Notes under the pieces: model-generated
Told to the model about the DNA's origin: nothing
Database searches by the model: none
What the model saw: the letters and a program-made list of their open reading frames with translations, nothing else
Program-made: the position numbers and the translations under genes
Assembly (NCBI GenBank): GCA_002269645.1
Contig: NIVC01000509.1
Location: forward strand, 247,449 to 311,448
Source: Macrostomum lignano
Lineage: Eukaryota
Reading direction: 5' to 3'
DNA: 64,000 nt
Shown here: positions 36,401-48,400 of the stretch, piece by piece
How the letters are laid out: each line of letters starts with the position of its first letter
Numbering within the stretch: the first letter of the stretch is position 1

Positions 36401-39400
36401 GAGCGGGAAATACAATTGTTTCACTGGATTCTATGCGGAGACCTCATTCGTAAGTATCAAGAAAAATGTTCAGGCGACAGTTCGCTCTCAAGATTCGACA
36501 TTTCTGCCATTATATCTGTTTCTATTTGCTATCTTAGCCGCCTGCCTCGAGATCAAAAAGTCCCGTTTTTTAAAGTTTTCAAAGCTCTAAAGATTTCGAA
36601 GAGTCCCGTTGAACTTACTTCAATGATCAAGGAATTTCAAGGAACGCTTATTCATGACATTCGATTACCGAGCACATTGGCAGTGAACGACGCTTTAAGA
36701 GAAAATGTTTTTATGATGGCCATCAGTATCTCGCTTCGAATTCCAATGTTTCTAGTGGGAAAACCTGGAAGCTCAAAATCAATTTCTAAGGCAATTGTCA
36801 CAAGCAATATGCTTGGTTCAAACTCATCAGGAAATGAGTTCAGAAAGTTACCCAGCACAGACATGGTGTCTTTTCAGTGCTCTCCATGGTCTACTTCGGA
36901 AGACATCATCAAGGTGTTTTCTGAGTGTGCGCACAAACAGAAAAACTTCAAAGACTCAGATTTCGTACCTGTGGTTGTTCTAGATGAGATCGGTTTGGCG
37001 GAGGACTCACCGAAAATGCCACTAAAAGTGCTGCATCCATTACTAGAAGATGGCGTTCTTGTAAGCTCTGAAGTAGGCGACAGTGTCTCACAGAGGCTAT
37101 GCCGTAAAGTGGGATTCGTTGGCATATCCAATTGGGCTCTCGACCCGGCGAAAATGAACAGAGGATTATACTTGCTGCGGGATGTTCCCACTCATGAAGA
37201 TCTGATTGAAACCGCCAAAGGAATCTGCAAAAAACGAGTGGAGCCCATTGGAAAGTACCTGGAACCCTTGACAAGATTTTATCTGAAGATATTTTGCGAG
37301 CCAAACATTGAGCGAGAATTTTTCGGGCTCCGAGACTATTTCAGCCTACTGAAGTATCTGCTCAAAGAATCCCAGGAGAGAAGAGTCATCGGCGACAACC
37401 AAGTCGCTAAAGCATTGTTACGAAATTTTAGCGGCCTGGACAAGTTCGATCCTGTGCAGTTTTACTGTTCGACAAATGGATCAATTCAGGCGGACCTCGA
37501 TGACTACTCTCCGCTAAGTGATGCATTGCACTCAACGGGTCCTGATCAGCGGTACCTGCTTCTCATAGCAGAAAACTATTCTGGAGTCAAGCTGCTGAAG
37601 CAGCTTCTTAGCAACGTTGAGCTGAAGATAATTTTTGGCAGCAGCTTTCCAAAAGATCAAGAGTACACAACAGTATGCAAGACAATAAACCGGATAAAGA
37701 TCTGTATGGAGCGCGGAAGCACAATAGTTCTTATGAACCTAGAGGCGCTTTATGAGTCACTCTACGATGTGCTTAACCTATGCTATGAGGAGAGCAGCGG
37801 CAACAGGTTTGTCGATCTCGGCTTAGGAACCCACAGGCTTAAGAGCAGGGTAAATGCAAACTTTCGAATCATCGTTGTTGCTGACGATCGCACTGTGAAT
37901 GAAAAGTTTCCCATTCCGTTAATTAATCGTTTGGAGAAGCACAAGCTGACCTCGCAGGCATTGATGTACCCCCAGAAGCGAGAGTTTTGCGCCAAACAGC
38001 GCACATGGGCTGAAGGCTTTAGCCAGGGAGAAAAACTTGCTGGTGTGTTTGTCGGATTTCACGAAGACATGATTCCCTCCCTGTCTCTGGAGGTTGATGC
38101 GTCTGAGAATAATTTGCAAGATCGAATGCTTGCCGTTGCTACTCCTGACAGCTTGTTGAGAGTGAAGGACGATAACGAAAGAAAGCATTTACTTCAGCAA
38201 TACTTCAAAATCTCTGGTCGTGAGTGCCTCCAGTCTTTTCTTGAAGTGTATAATTTTAAAACGCCCCTTCTTCAGATCACTAAATTTGACAGACTCCTCA
38301 ACACGGGAGAGTTAAATCAGCTGCCAGCCTCGATTCCAAATCTTGGACGAGTAGCGCACAGAAACCTGAACGTGTGCGAGACTGAATCACAGTTCATTGA
38401 AATCCTAAAGAACAGTAGAGAGTCGAATGAGACACTCATTTTACAGTACGAAGGTGTCGGTACTGGCTATCAAGATTTGATCTACTGTGTGAAGCACCTA
38501 ATTGAAGAGGAGATCAGGCAGAATATAGACAGCGCCAGCTCACGCAAAATCATTCTGATTATAAAACTTGTGAGAAGTCTGAACAACTCTTTCTCTGGGT
38601 ACGACTGTGGTCTCTGGCACTGTGTGCACATTGAGGAGCTTCTGCCACCAAGTCGCTTAAACGTGTGCCTGCTAAATGAGCTGGAGTCCCTGAGCAAACT
38701 ATTTCCATCGTCTAGCGATGAGGCAGATACTTTGGCTAATGATAGCGAGAATATATCGCCTTGGGAGTTTGGCAAGCCGGCAGACACGAAACTCCTGATA
38801 AAGCATGCGCTTTTCACTGCTCTTAGCCTTCTTTACGACAGAAGTGGAGATGAAGCACGGCGGATGCACATACAAAAATGTTTATCCTCGGCATTAGATG
38901 GTAGGTTTGATACCTTACACATAAAATTTGTTTCCATAAAATTTATTTACACTCGAATTTTTTTCCAGAGTCTGAATTTCTGCGTAAAATTGAGCCATTT
39001 CTGCAAATAGCTTTGCAGAAGAAAGAGAAAAGTGATCAACAAAATCCGTACGGATACGAACCGAAAGCATGGCTCACTAAAATCGCTGCTTCTAGTAAAA
39101 GTGTTTTAGAAGCTGGGACATTGATGTAAGTTTTACGAGGTACATTTTAGTTTTAAGTTTTACGGTGGGTCAATTGAGGGTGTGTGGTGACCCCCCTCTC
39201 CCCAGTTCTTGGACTGAACAGCCGTACGCAGCCTATCAATCCTCATCACCCTAAAGTCCTCCATTCCCTGTCTTCAACAAGTTGGCTTTCTATTCCCTAA
39301 GTGCTGCTTCTAAAATCGTTACATATAACTCCATAAAAGGGGCAAATCATATATTGCAACTATCGAAAGTTTTAGGTTAAAGCAGAGGTTTTAGAAAAAA

Positions 39401-42400
39401 TATTATGCTCAAAAATTGGCGACGTGTCCAATTTAGTGGGTATAAAAACTCATGCCGGCAGGGCCAAGCCCATGTACAGTATCGTACACCCGGTCCATGT
39501 GCTGCGGGCTGGCTTCTGCCCGAGCAGATTGAACTTTAATTTGTAATTGCCATAGACAAGTTTATTTGCCTGTACTGCGATTAGTTGGCACAAGTGTCAA
39601 AGAGCCTTCGTGACAAAAAAAGAAATACATAAGTATTCAAGAAGACTCTGATAAGAGCAACGGCTGCAAGAGCCGAGAGTGCACGGCACACAACTTGTGT
39701 AAATACTTTGTATAACGCAATACAAAAGACAGACTTGTAACACCATGGAGTGTACGCAGGCAAACCTCCTGCCCGGGTACTAAGCCGGTTTGCTCAGGTG
39801 CAAGCCCAGTGCAGGCCGCAGTCTAGGATGTAGAAAATTTTAGAATTACCACCTACGAGTCGTTCGTCTGCCATATACTACTTAAACTGCCCCATATGCA
39901 TGAGGTCATATTATCCAGCGAACACGAACAACCTATATATAAAATGTTTTCCACGTGTTCCTGAATATCAAAGCATACCGCCAGTCATTAATCTGTTACT
40001 GAGTCGTTATTATTTTTTTATTAATTAAATAATTAACAAATTAATTAAGTTATTAAGGGAAGATTTTATTTTGTTTCATTTTCCAGAGAGAGCATATGGC
40101 GAATGCTGAAACAGAAGGTCGCCCCAGCTTTAGCCTGTCTTTTGGCGTTCCTTGACAAGGACAGCAATCTGGAGAACTATGTGAATTTGGATACGAGAGA
40201 TCTGTGGCTGCAACTTCTCGAGCCAGCGTCAGCCTTCGACGATGCAACTGATCAGCTGATGAATGAGCAATTGGAAGTCAACAGAGTCGAAGTGTTCAGC
40301 TCTGCTTCTGATGGCCATCACTTTTCAAGCAAATTTCCATTTTCGTGGGCCGTTTTGGGTCACTTAAAAATCCTTGAAGACGCAAAGCTTTCCACTGCTC
40401 CACAATACTGGCAAGGAATTGAAGACTCAGCTATCCAAAAAGTTCTCGCCGGTCAAAGAGTCAGCAAAGAGCTTATTGAAAGCTTCTGTCACGACCTCAT
40501 GCATATAAAATTCCAATCTATCGCTGAAAGTGAAGCTGCTGTGTTGCAGAAAATTTTAATGACAACAATCAGTGATCAGCTAGGTGACACACTTTTAACA
40601 GCGATTCTTGCAAGCATTGAAACAGCAGCAAAATTCAACGACCCAGTTTGCTTGTTCATCAAACTCGCAAGAAAGATTGACGGTTTAGTCGACAAGCTGC
40701 CATCAATCAATCATCTACGAGATCTGGCAGAGGTAGGGCCTCTTCCGCCTATACTTGTTCTAGCTAAAAGTCTAAGATTTCTTTAGACGTTCATTGTTCG
40801 TTTGATTGTTGCTTGCATATACATGCATGTAACGCTTTATTAATGCATTGATAAAGTACTTTCAGAATTTACTTTCGCAGCGTACTTAGTTGACTTTTTA
40901 ATGATGAATATTTCATTTTAGGCAACATTCTGCGCCTTCATCAAGATATTTGAACAGAAGAAACTGTCCCTAAACACAGCAATGGGACGGAGCGAGTGGA
41001 TTGATCTGTTTGAAAAGTCACAGGCAATAATCTCGAGACTGCTGCACAGGCACAGAAAGAGCGATATGGCTCAGCGATGGGACAAGGTTATTTGTGTGGT
41101 TCTGTTTCTCAGGAATGTTTCAGCACCTTTTGACAAAGACAAACTGAACGAATCTTCAATTAAGCCGATTAGACTCTGGAATGTAAGTTCTATGATGCAA
41201 AATATACCCCTTAAAATGCTTTGCTTAGTTTTTTATACCAATTTATATAATATTTGATGGAGTTACTTGTAAAAATATTATTTAATTGGCAATAATGTAC
41301 TTGCTATACCCAGCGATATCTACATGGCCACGAATTCTACTTTCAGTCCCTCCTAAAAAACCCGGACTTGAGCTTCAAGAAGACTGGGGGAATTCGATTG
41401 GTCGAAAACTTTCTGGAGGAGGCGAACAAGGATTTGACAGAAAAAATTTCCGGGTAAGCAAATTGTTTCACATTTTAAATTCAGCAACAAGCTCTGGCAC
41501 GTGTAGAATCAAGTTCATCCTTCATACTATTTTTGTTTTGGTACTGTGATTATCACTTGCAGATAAAAGGTACTCGTACGTGTAGCATTCGATTGAAAAA
41601 ATCACTAAAATAATGATACTAACCAGGGCTTTTTAAGACCATAAGCAATCTTTTCCGAAGGTGATCACCCGGCTACCAATCAATCATACCATGCCAGTTT
41701 GCATTAGCTGAAAAAACTAGCTAGCTAGTTAGAAAAGGCTCCGCTTTTTCAGTTTTTCCCTTGGAGGAAAAAGTTTTCCCTTAGGAAATGAATTTTCCCT
41801 TATTATTAGGAATATTTGCAGTTATCAAAATTCCAATCTTATCTGAGGTGATTTCTTCAATTCGTGTATTCCTTCTGCAATAGGAAAATTTCTTATATAG
41901 CATCTGCATCTACAGATCGTCTTCTTTAACAAGAATATTCAAATGCTTCAATCGAGTCCATTGAAATGTTTTACTTTTTAGAACTTCAACCTGCTCAAAG
42001 TGTGAAAAACGAAAGGATCGACTGACGCTTCTTCCTTGCAATGACCGAATCTGTGGAGATTGTCTACCGAAGTCGAGTGCAGATGATGATGCTACGAGCA
42101 AGTGTCCAAAGTGCAAGCAGGAGTTTGACCCAGCAGCAATCAACTCTGCTAGGCCCGAAGCTCTCGACAAATTTAAAGCCAGATGCAATGTTTTCATGCT
42201 GGAACTTGTGTCCCAGCTGTGCTTCAAGACTGACGTTCCAGCAGGAAACAGCCCAGAACAACCTCATCCAGAGGTTCCAGACGAGGAACTGTGCAGGCAT
42301 CTGCTGACATACGTGACAAGAAACTCGTCTGAGGCCACCGTGTTTGGCTTCTTCTCTGATGACCGTGACCCGTCTCCCGTGTTCAGATCATTTATTCTGC

Positions 42401-45400
42401 AGCAACTCTTGAAATTTAACCACGATAAAGTCGTTAACCAACTATCGCAGCATATTCATGAGGCAGCGAATGCCATGGGAATGGAAAGTCAGCAAGAGTT
42501 GCAACTTATCATTCTCAACTGTCTGGAGGATTTGGCTTCCTTTATATCCGCTAAAAAGGATGAAGAGAGCAGGCTGAGAGGCTCGTTTTCGAAGTTTTCT
42601 GAGCTCCCTACGACTGCCGAATGTTTAGATATCGAGTTTCTGCACAGAGTTGTTGATCACAGAATATTTCTTTCAAATTTTGCAGCATTAATTGTTCGGC
42701 TTCCAAGAGAATCACCTGTTGCCTCTATTGAAAGAAATATTTCAGGCATAGATCTATACCAACAAGTATCAGACATCTTAAAAACCCATGGCTGGAGCAG
42801 GATTTTCTTCCTCCGCAGTCTGAGCATGGCTGGAGGCACCTGCGCTACGCTTGAGCGACTGCAAACTGACGACTTCTTGTCGGATGTTTTCGCTGCTGAA
42901 CTTGACCCAAAGCGAGGCCCACCGCCGATGCCCGACTTATTGCAGAGCCACTCGGAGGTATACAGAAAAGTAAAACGCTTTCTATGGCGCTCTTATCTAT
43001 CTGGCGACAAGGATGCACAGGTAAACAGTTCTTTGGATTTCAGAAGATCATAGTTGCTTGAAAACATATTTAATGTTCAAAAGGCTGTACGCAAGCAATT
43101 GTGATTATATGTATTATCATTGGACCTATATCATCCAATATCAACATAAGGATATATTGTTTCTAAACAAAAACTATTACTTTGTTTATTTTCGTCTCAG
43201 AAACCAGGAGACTTTGATCAAGAAAGCAGCGTCATTGCATTGGCTGCCGTCAACTGGGAAAATATTATACGCAACTCCCCGATGGAAGTGAACCGAAATC
43301 AGCTGCAACACTGCCTTGACAGTATCGAAACCTTGATGAAGCCAGAGACAAAGGTAGGATTAATATTTATCCTTTAGCTACCCAGAAACATCCTTTTCAA
43401 AGGTTACTGACAGCAGATTTTAGCATTTGAGGATTGATTTTATCAGTTAAGTTGATAATTTAGCCGATCAAGCCGGAGCGAATGTGGATTCTCGACTTGA
43501 TCGGCTTAGTTATAACTTTTCTGACACAGGCAATACGAGTTCTTACTACAGTCTTGGTAGTGACGACTGATGTATGATAAATTGGAAGTCTTTTGTTTTA
43601 GTTGATCATTGATACATGTACGAGTACATGTATCTGTAGCTAATCCAGAACTCGGCATGAAAAAATGCACAATTATCTGCAACAAAATGAGTTTTTGTAA
43701 AAGCCCAAAAGCAAGCCAGATCAGTTTCATTAGCATTTTCTATAGGTCTTAGTCTCATCCATGAACTTGGTCTGCGGTCTGGTATCATGCTCTTCCCTCC
43801 TGTTCCCTCTCTTCTCTCTCCCCTCTCCTCTCTCTCCTCTCTCCCCTCCTCTCCACACTGCTCTCTCCTCTCTCTGGACCACAGTCCTACTGGATTCTAT
43901 GTCTGACCCTATCTTAAAATAGTTTGCCGACTCCATATTTAGAACCTGAAACTGCCTTGAACGTTTAAGGAGCTGGCCAAGACGCTAAGGGCGGTCGAAC
44001 TGAACTCATTCGAAGGACATCAGACAAAGTCTCTGCTTATCCATTTCTACTTTTGTTTGCTGACGTCTAAGGGCAAGTCTGACTTCACAGAATTTCTATC
44101 GCAACTGGCAAAGCACCGCTACGATTGGTACCTCCCAGCAATGCCGCACGATGAGCTGTTTGAGGCTTTTAATGCTGTGGGGTTAAACGAGCGCCTTGGC
44201 GCCTACGGTACGTTTGAACGCATTCCTGATCCCACTGTGCAATACTATCATATACATCTTTTGCTCTAATCTCGATCAGCTATGACTTCAACTCATTATT
44301 TTAAACTGTGAATCTGTGTAAAAATTGGTATATGCATCTAAAGTCGGGCAGATAAATTTCATGAGCAAATCCTAAAATATGTGTCTGTCATGAACGAGCG
44401 AGACAGGTATTTATAGAGTTTTTCAGCTAAAAGAACTTTTAATGTAGGATTAATATATAGCTGCTGCGTGCTTCAATGGTCTTGGTTTAGAGTGCGCTAC
44501 GGACGATATCGCAACTGTAAGTACCATAGAAAAAATACTCGCTTCGTTCGATTTTTTCCTATGGCACTTGCTGGCTTACTTACTTCTCCGTTAATACCAA
44601 GTGTCTAGGGCAAAAATGCTAAAAGGTATAAATGGGTAATATAATATTTATATACCATAGGCAAGCTCCAGCATCACAAGAAGCTCAGAATGCCGCACTT
44701 TCACGTACGAGTATGTGTAACGTACGTGTCACGTACGAATTGTGATCCCATTTTGAGCCTTGATCAGTCATATAGAGATTAATTAAATCTAAATCTTAAC
44801 TTATATCTCAATTAATTATAGCTACTTAAATATTTTAGTAGCTATAATAAGCTACTATAGTAGTAGTAGTATAGTAGTAGATATAGGAAGTAATTTCGGA
44901 CTCTTTATAAAACCGTCTTTGTTAAAATATAGCTCGTAGTCTTACAATAGACAGTTTTATAAAAGTACTATTCAACCAATTATGTGTTCCTTATTACCAG
45001 CCCTTCGCTGTAATCAAGGAACAATCACTTCTAGCTACTTGCTAGGCAACCCAGTTATCAGATAAAGGTACTTCTTACCTTGACTTGATTGGAGATATCT
45101 CTTCAGGAGTTCTCTTGTAGATCTCGCTTGGATCTCTCTGTGATCTCGTAGATCAGGCGCCTTGGTTCTTCAGTTGCTTCTGGTCCTGGTTTTCTTCTAC
45201 TTCCGATGAAGTTCCTTCCGGCCGGTATCTGCAGTCAGGACCAATCAGAGGCCTCGTATCAACAATGGGATCCCTGCGCCGAACAGCGGTTTCACTTAAG
45301 CCTTCTTCTTCTAGCAGTGCGTCTATGCACTCTAGGTAATGCTCCGGTAATCTCTAATAGATCCTCTAAGATCTACTAGGGTAGTCCTTCGGGCGACTAC

Positions 45401-48400
45401 AGCCAAGATAATGGTAGTCCTTCGGGCGACTACAGCCAATAGAGTCTCAAATGGACTCAAGAGTCTCGACAGACTCTAACACTATAACAATAATGAGTCG
45501 ACTCAACAACTGGCGCAAATAAGAAAGGCTTACCGCAACAACTCGACCAAGTCTTGATTGACTAGGCGACTAAGAAGTCTTCCTAAAGACGACCTCTTCG
45601 GAGCTTCTCCTATCGTCGGGAGTTGACTCCGGGTCCGCTTTGGACCGCTTATATTTATAGACGATTCGGTAGTCCAAAAATAGCATCATGACTCATCGCG
45701 TGTTATAAATAGTAACGAGATTCATTGTGCTGCTATAAATAGTAACATGAATCATTCTGCTGCTATAAATAGTAACATGATTCATTTCTAACGTTTAGGT
45801 GCGCATGCATGCACTAGCTTACTTACAGTAGTATTTTTTGCTTTCTAATTTTCTGCTTGGGAGGTATAACACTCTACACCAAATCATTTGTTCAATTCAA
45901 TTTCAGTTTGTCCAAATGGCCATCCGTATTACATTGGTGAAGTAAGTGACATTACGCTCGTACTTTGCTTGTTTGTGGTTATATATTTGTTTAAGTTCTT
46001 ACAGTTTTACTGTGTTGCGATAATTGCGTCTGTCGTTTTTAGAGGGAATTTAGAAACTTAATTGCATACTAATACATTATATTGACTTTACAATCATACG
46101 AAGGGAAGCGAAAAAATTATGATCAAGACTTATGATCGATTTTTAATTATACTAGGATCTAAGGGCAAAACTGCAGACATTGTGCAACAAGAGCATAGAT
46201 CATGCTGTTATCTTTTAAGCTAAACCAATTTACAAAAGCCAGAGTAGAAGAGATTCAAGTAGCATGAATTATTGATTAACCGTCAAGAATACCAAGCCAC
46301 TTTTTCGCCTGTCAAACTTCCCAAGGGAAAAGAATCATCCCTGACAATTTCTTTGCTGCGCCGAAACGAGGCAACAAAGGCACACAAAATTCAAGAACAC
46401 GGGCTTACTTTTTGCTCACCTTCTCAAACAATAATCAATTCGCCAGCCCTTCAAACCGTCGTGATATTCTGCACTTCTTGCCAGATCAGATTTTCTCATA
46501 AGCGCTAGTGTATTTAATACACTCAGCAACATTCCACCCTCGCGCCAGCCGTGTATATTTAGAGTTTCAAAACTGTTTTTTGTCGCCAGACTTGTGCCAT
46601 AGACGATTGATGATTTCGTCAACACGCACTTGGGCCATAGACAAAAACTTGGGTCATAGACGCGCCGCCAGACAGGTCGAAGGAAACAGTCACATGGAGC
46701 AGACAGCAGCAGCTTACAGGAGTCCCGGTGCCCCGGGACTTACGGGATGCCCCGGAGAGTGAGCGCTCTGCTGCACGCACGTGGCTGCTATACGCGTTAC
46801 TGACCCTGTTCTGGGCAAGTTGTCACCCATGCTCGCGTACTTTGTTTCTTTGCTGTTCCTTTGCTTCGTTCGAATCAGGATTATATATTTGTCTATGGCT
46901 TAAACCACGAATATCTCCACCCACCAAAACGTTGACCCTTCGCGCGCGCTAGGGTGGAAACTTTTCAATGTTGCTGAGTGTACATCCCTGTGCGCCAATC
47001 AGCACTAAGCCTCCGAATTCCATCAGCCTCATCAACCACATGAAATTGCATCAGCTATGACTTCGTTCATCAATGGCCTTTACCCAAGCGGAGCATCTGA
47101 ACCTTTAACATGTAGTACCAAGTGACTGTCAACACCCTATTGCAAATTTCTCCGATGTCCCTGATCAAGCCTCAAAAGTGTGGGCAAGCCTCAACTGCTA
47201 GGTGTCTTCAATTAGGCTCTCAAGCGTTCGTTCATCATTTAGACGCCGTCGGCACTTTCAACGGGTGGCTCCAAGATGACTATGGAATTCGCAACAGGGT
47301 GTCCATAGTTCATAGGGCTTGATTTCTGTTTGAGAGGATGAAAAAAGTTTGTCCATGTGTCAAAAAGTAGCCCGGTGTCAAAATTGAATTAAATTGTTAA
47401 TAAGGGTTGGAGTTTGTCATTCTCAGTTGAAAATCGTCGTTATTGCATTTGAGTTTGTCAAAATAGGTTGAAGTTGAAAGGTGTAGTGTCCTGTGGCAAG
47501 CTGTCCATCTCTGATATATCAATCCGCTGATCTTCTAGCAACGGCAAACTGCTAGTCTCCGAAGAGGCTCTTGAATAAACTTCAAGAAGATTACAAACTC
47601 ATAGTCATGACGATCGGTTGCAGAATCAGCGGAAAAAGTCCAACTCCGAACTTGTTATGTTGCCTAGTTCTTCGCAGAGCAAGTTGCCCCAGTTAATTAA
47701 GTTGATAACGGCCATCCAGCAGCAAGTTGGTTAGATCTGTATATAAAATTCTGGCCACGGTGCGTGCTCTCTAAAATATGCAGGGCCTTTTCACCAATTT
47801 TGGCCACAGACGACTGATTAACCAATGCATTCTATTGGACTGGCCATTGACATGAAGTGTAGCTACGCATCGTAATTTAATTTCCTGCCTGTTTCGGCCT
47901 TAGACAATTCAATCAATGTAGCTAATACACCTTTTCACGTTCAATTTTGGTCAAAGTCAAGTTCTAAACATAAAATCCGATTACTAATTTTATTGACATT
48001 TATTGGGCTCATTCTGAGCCAGGAAAGCCTAGTCTATGGTTTAAAGTGCTATAATTCCAAGCACATCAAATAATTTGATGGGCTCCAAAATGGAGACCAT
48101 CAAATGATTTGATGGTCCCTAAATGAAAGCAGTTTGAACCATAGACTAAACAGAACTAGACAGTGTACTTGGATGCAACAAAAAAACTGTTATTATAAAC
48201 TGTATAACGAAGCAACAAAAAAACAATTTTCTAGCCAAGCCATGGACAATTGGTAGGGTTATATAGGAAGCATATTTAGTTTTTTTCAATAATAGGCAAT
48301 GCATTAAACGTTTCACAAACTCACTTAAACTGAATGTCGATTTTAGCTCCATCAATGATGATAGACTTGACACCGTGGTCAGTAATAGAAGCGCTGGAAT

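Noticed and set aside
41911-41965. Alternative acceptor TACAG at 41915 for the RING exon
   Set aside because: Leads to an in-frame TGA before the RING.
43941-43960. Stronger-looking acceptor TATTTAG at 43942 for exon 17
   Set aside because: All three frames hit a stop within 30 nt, so the downstream AG at 43969 was used.
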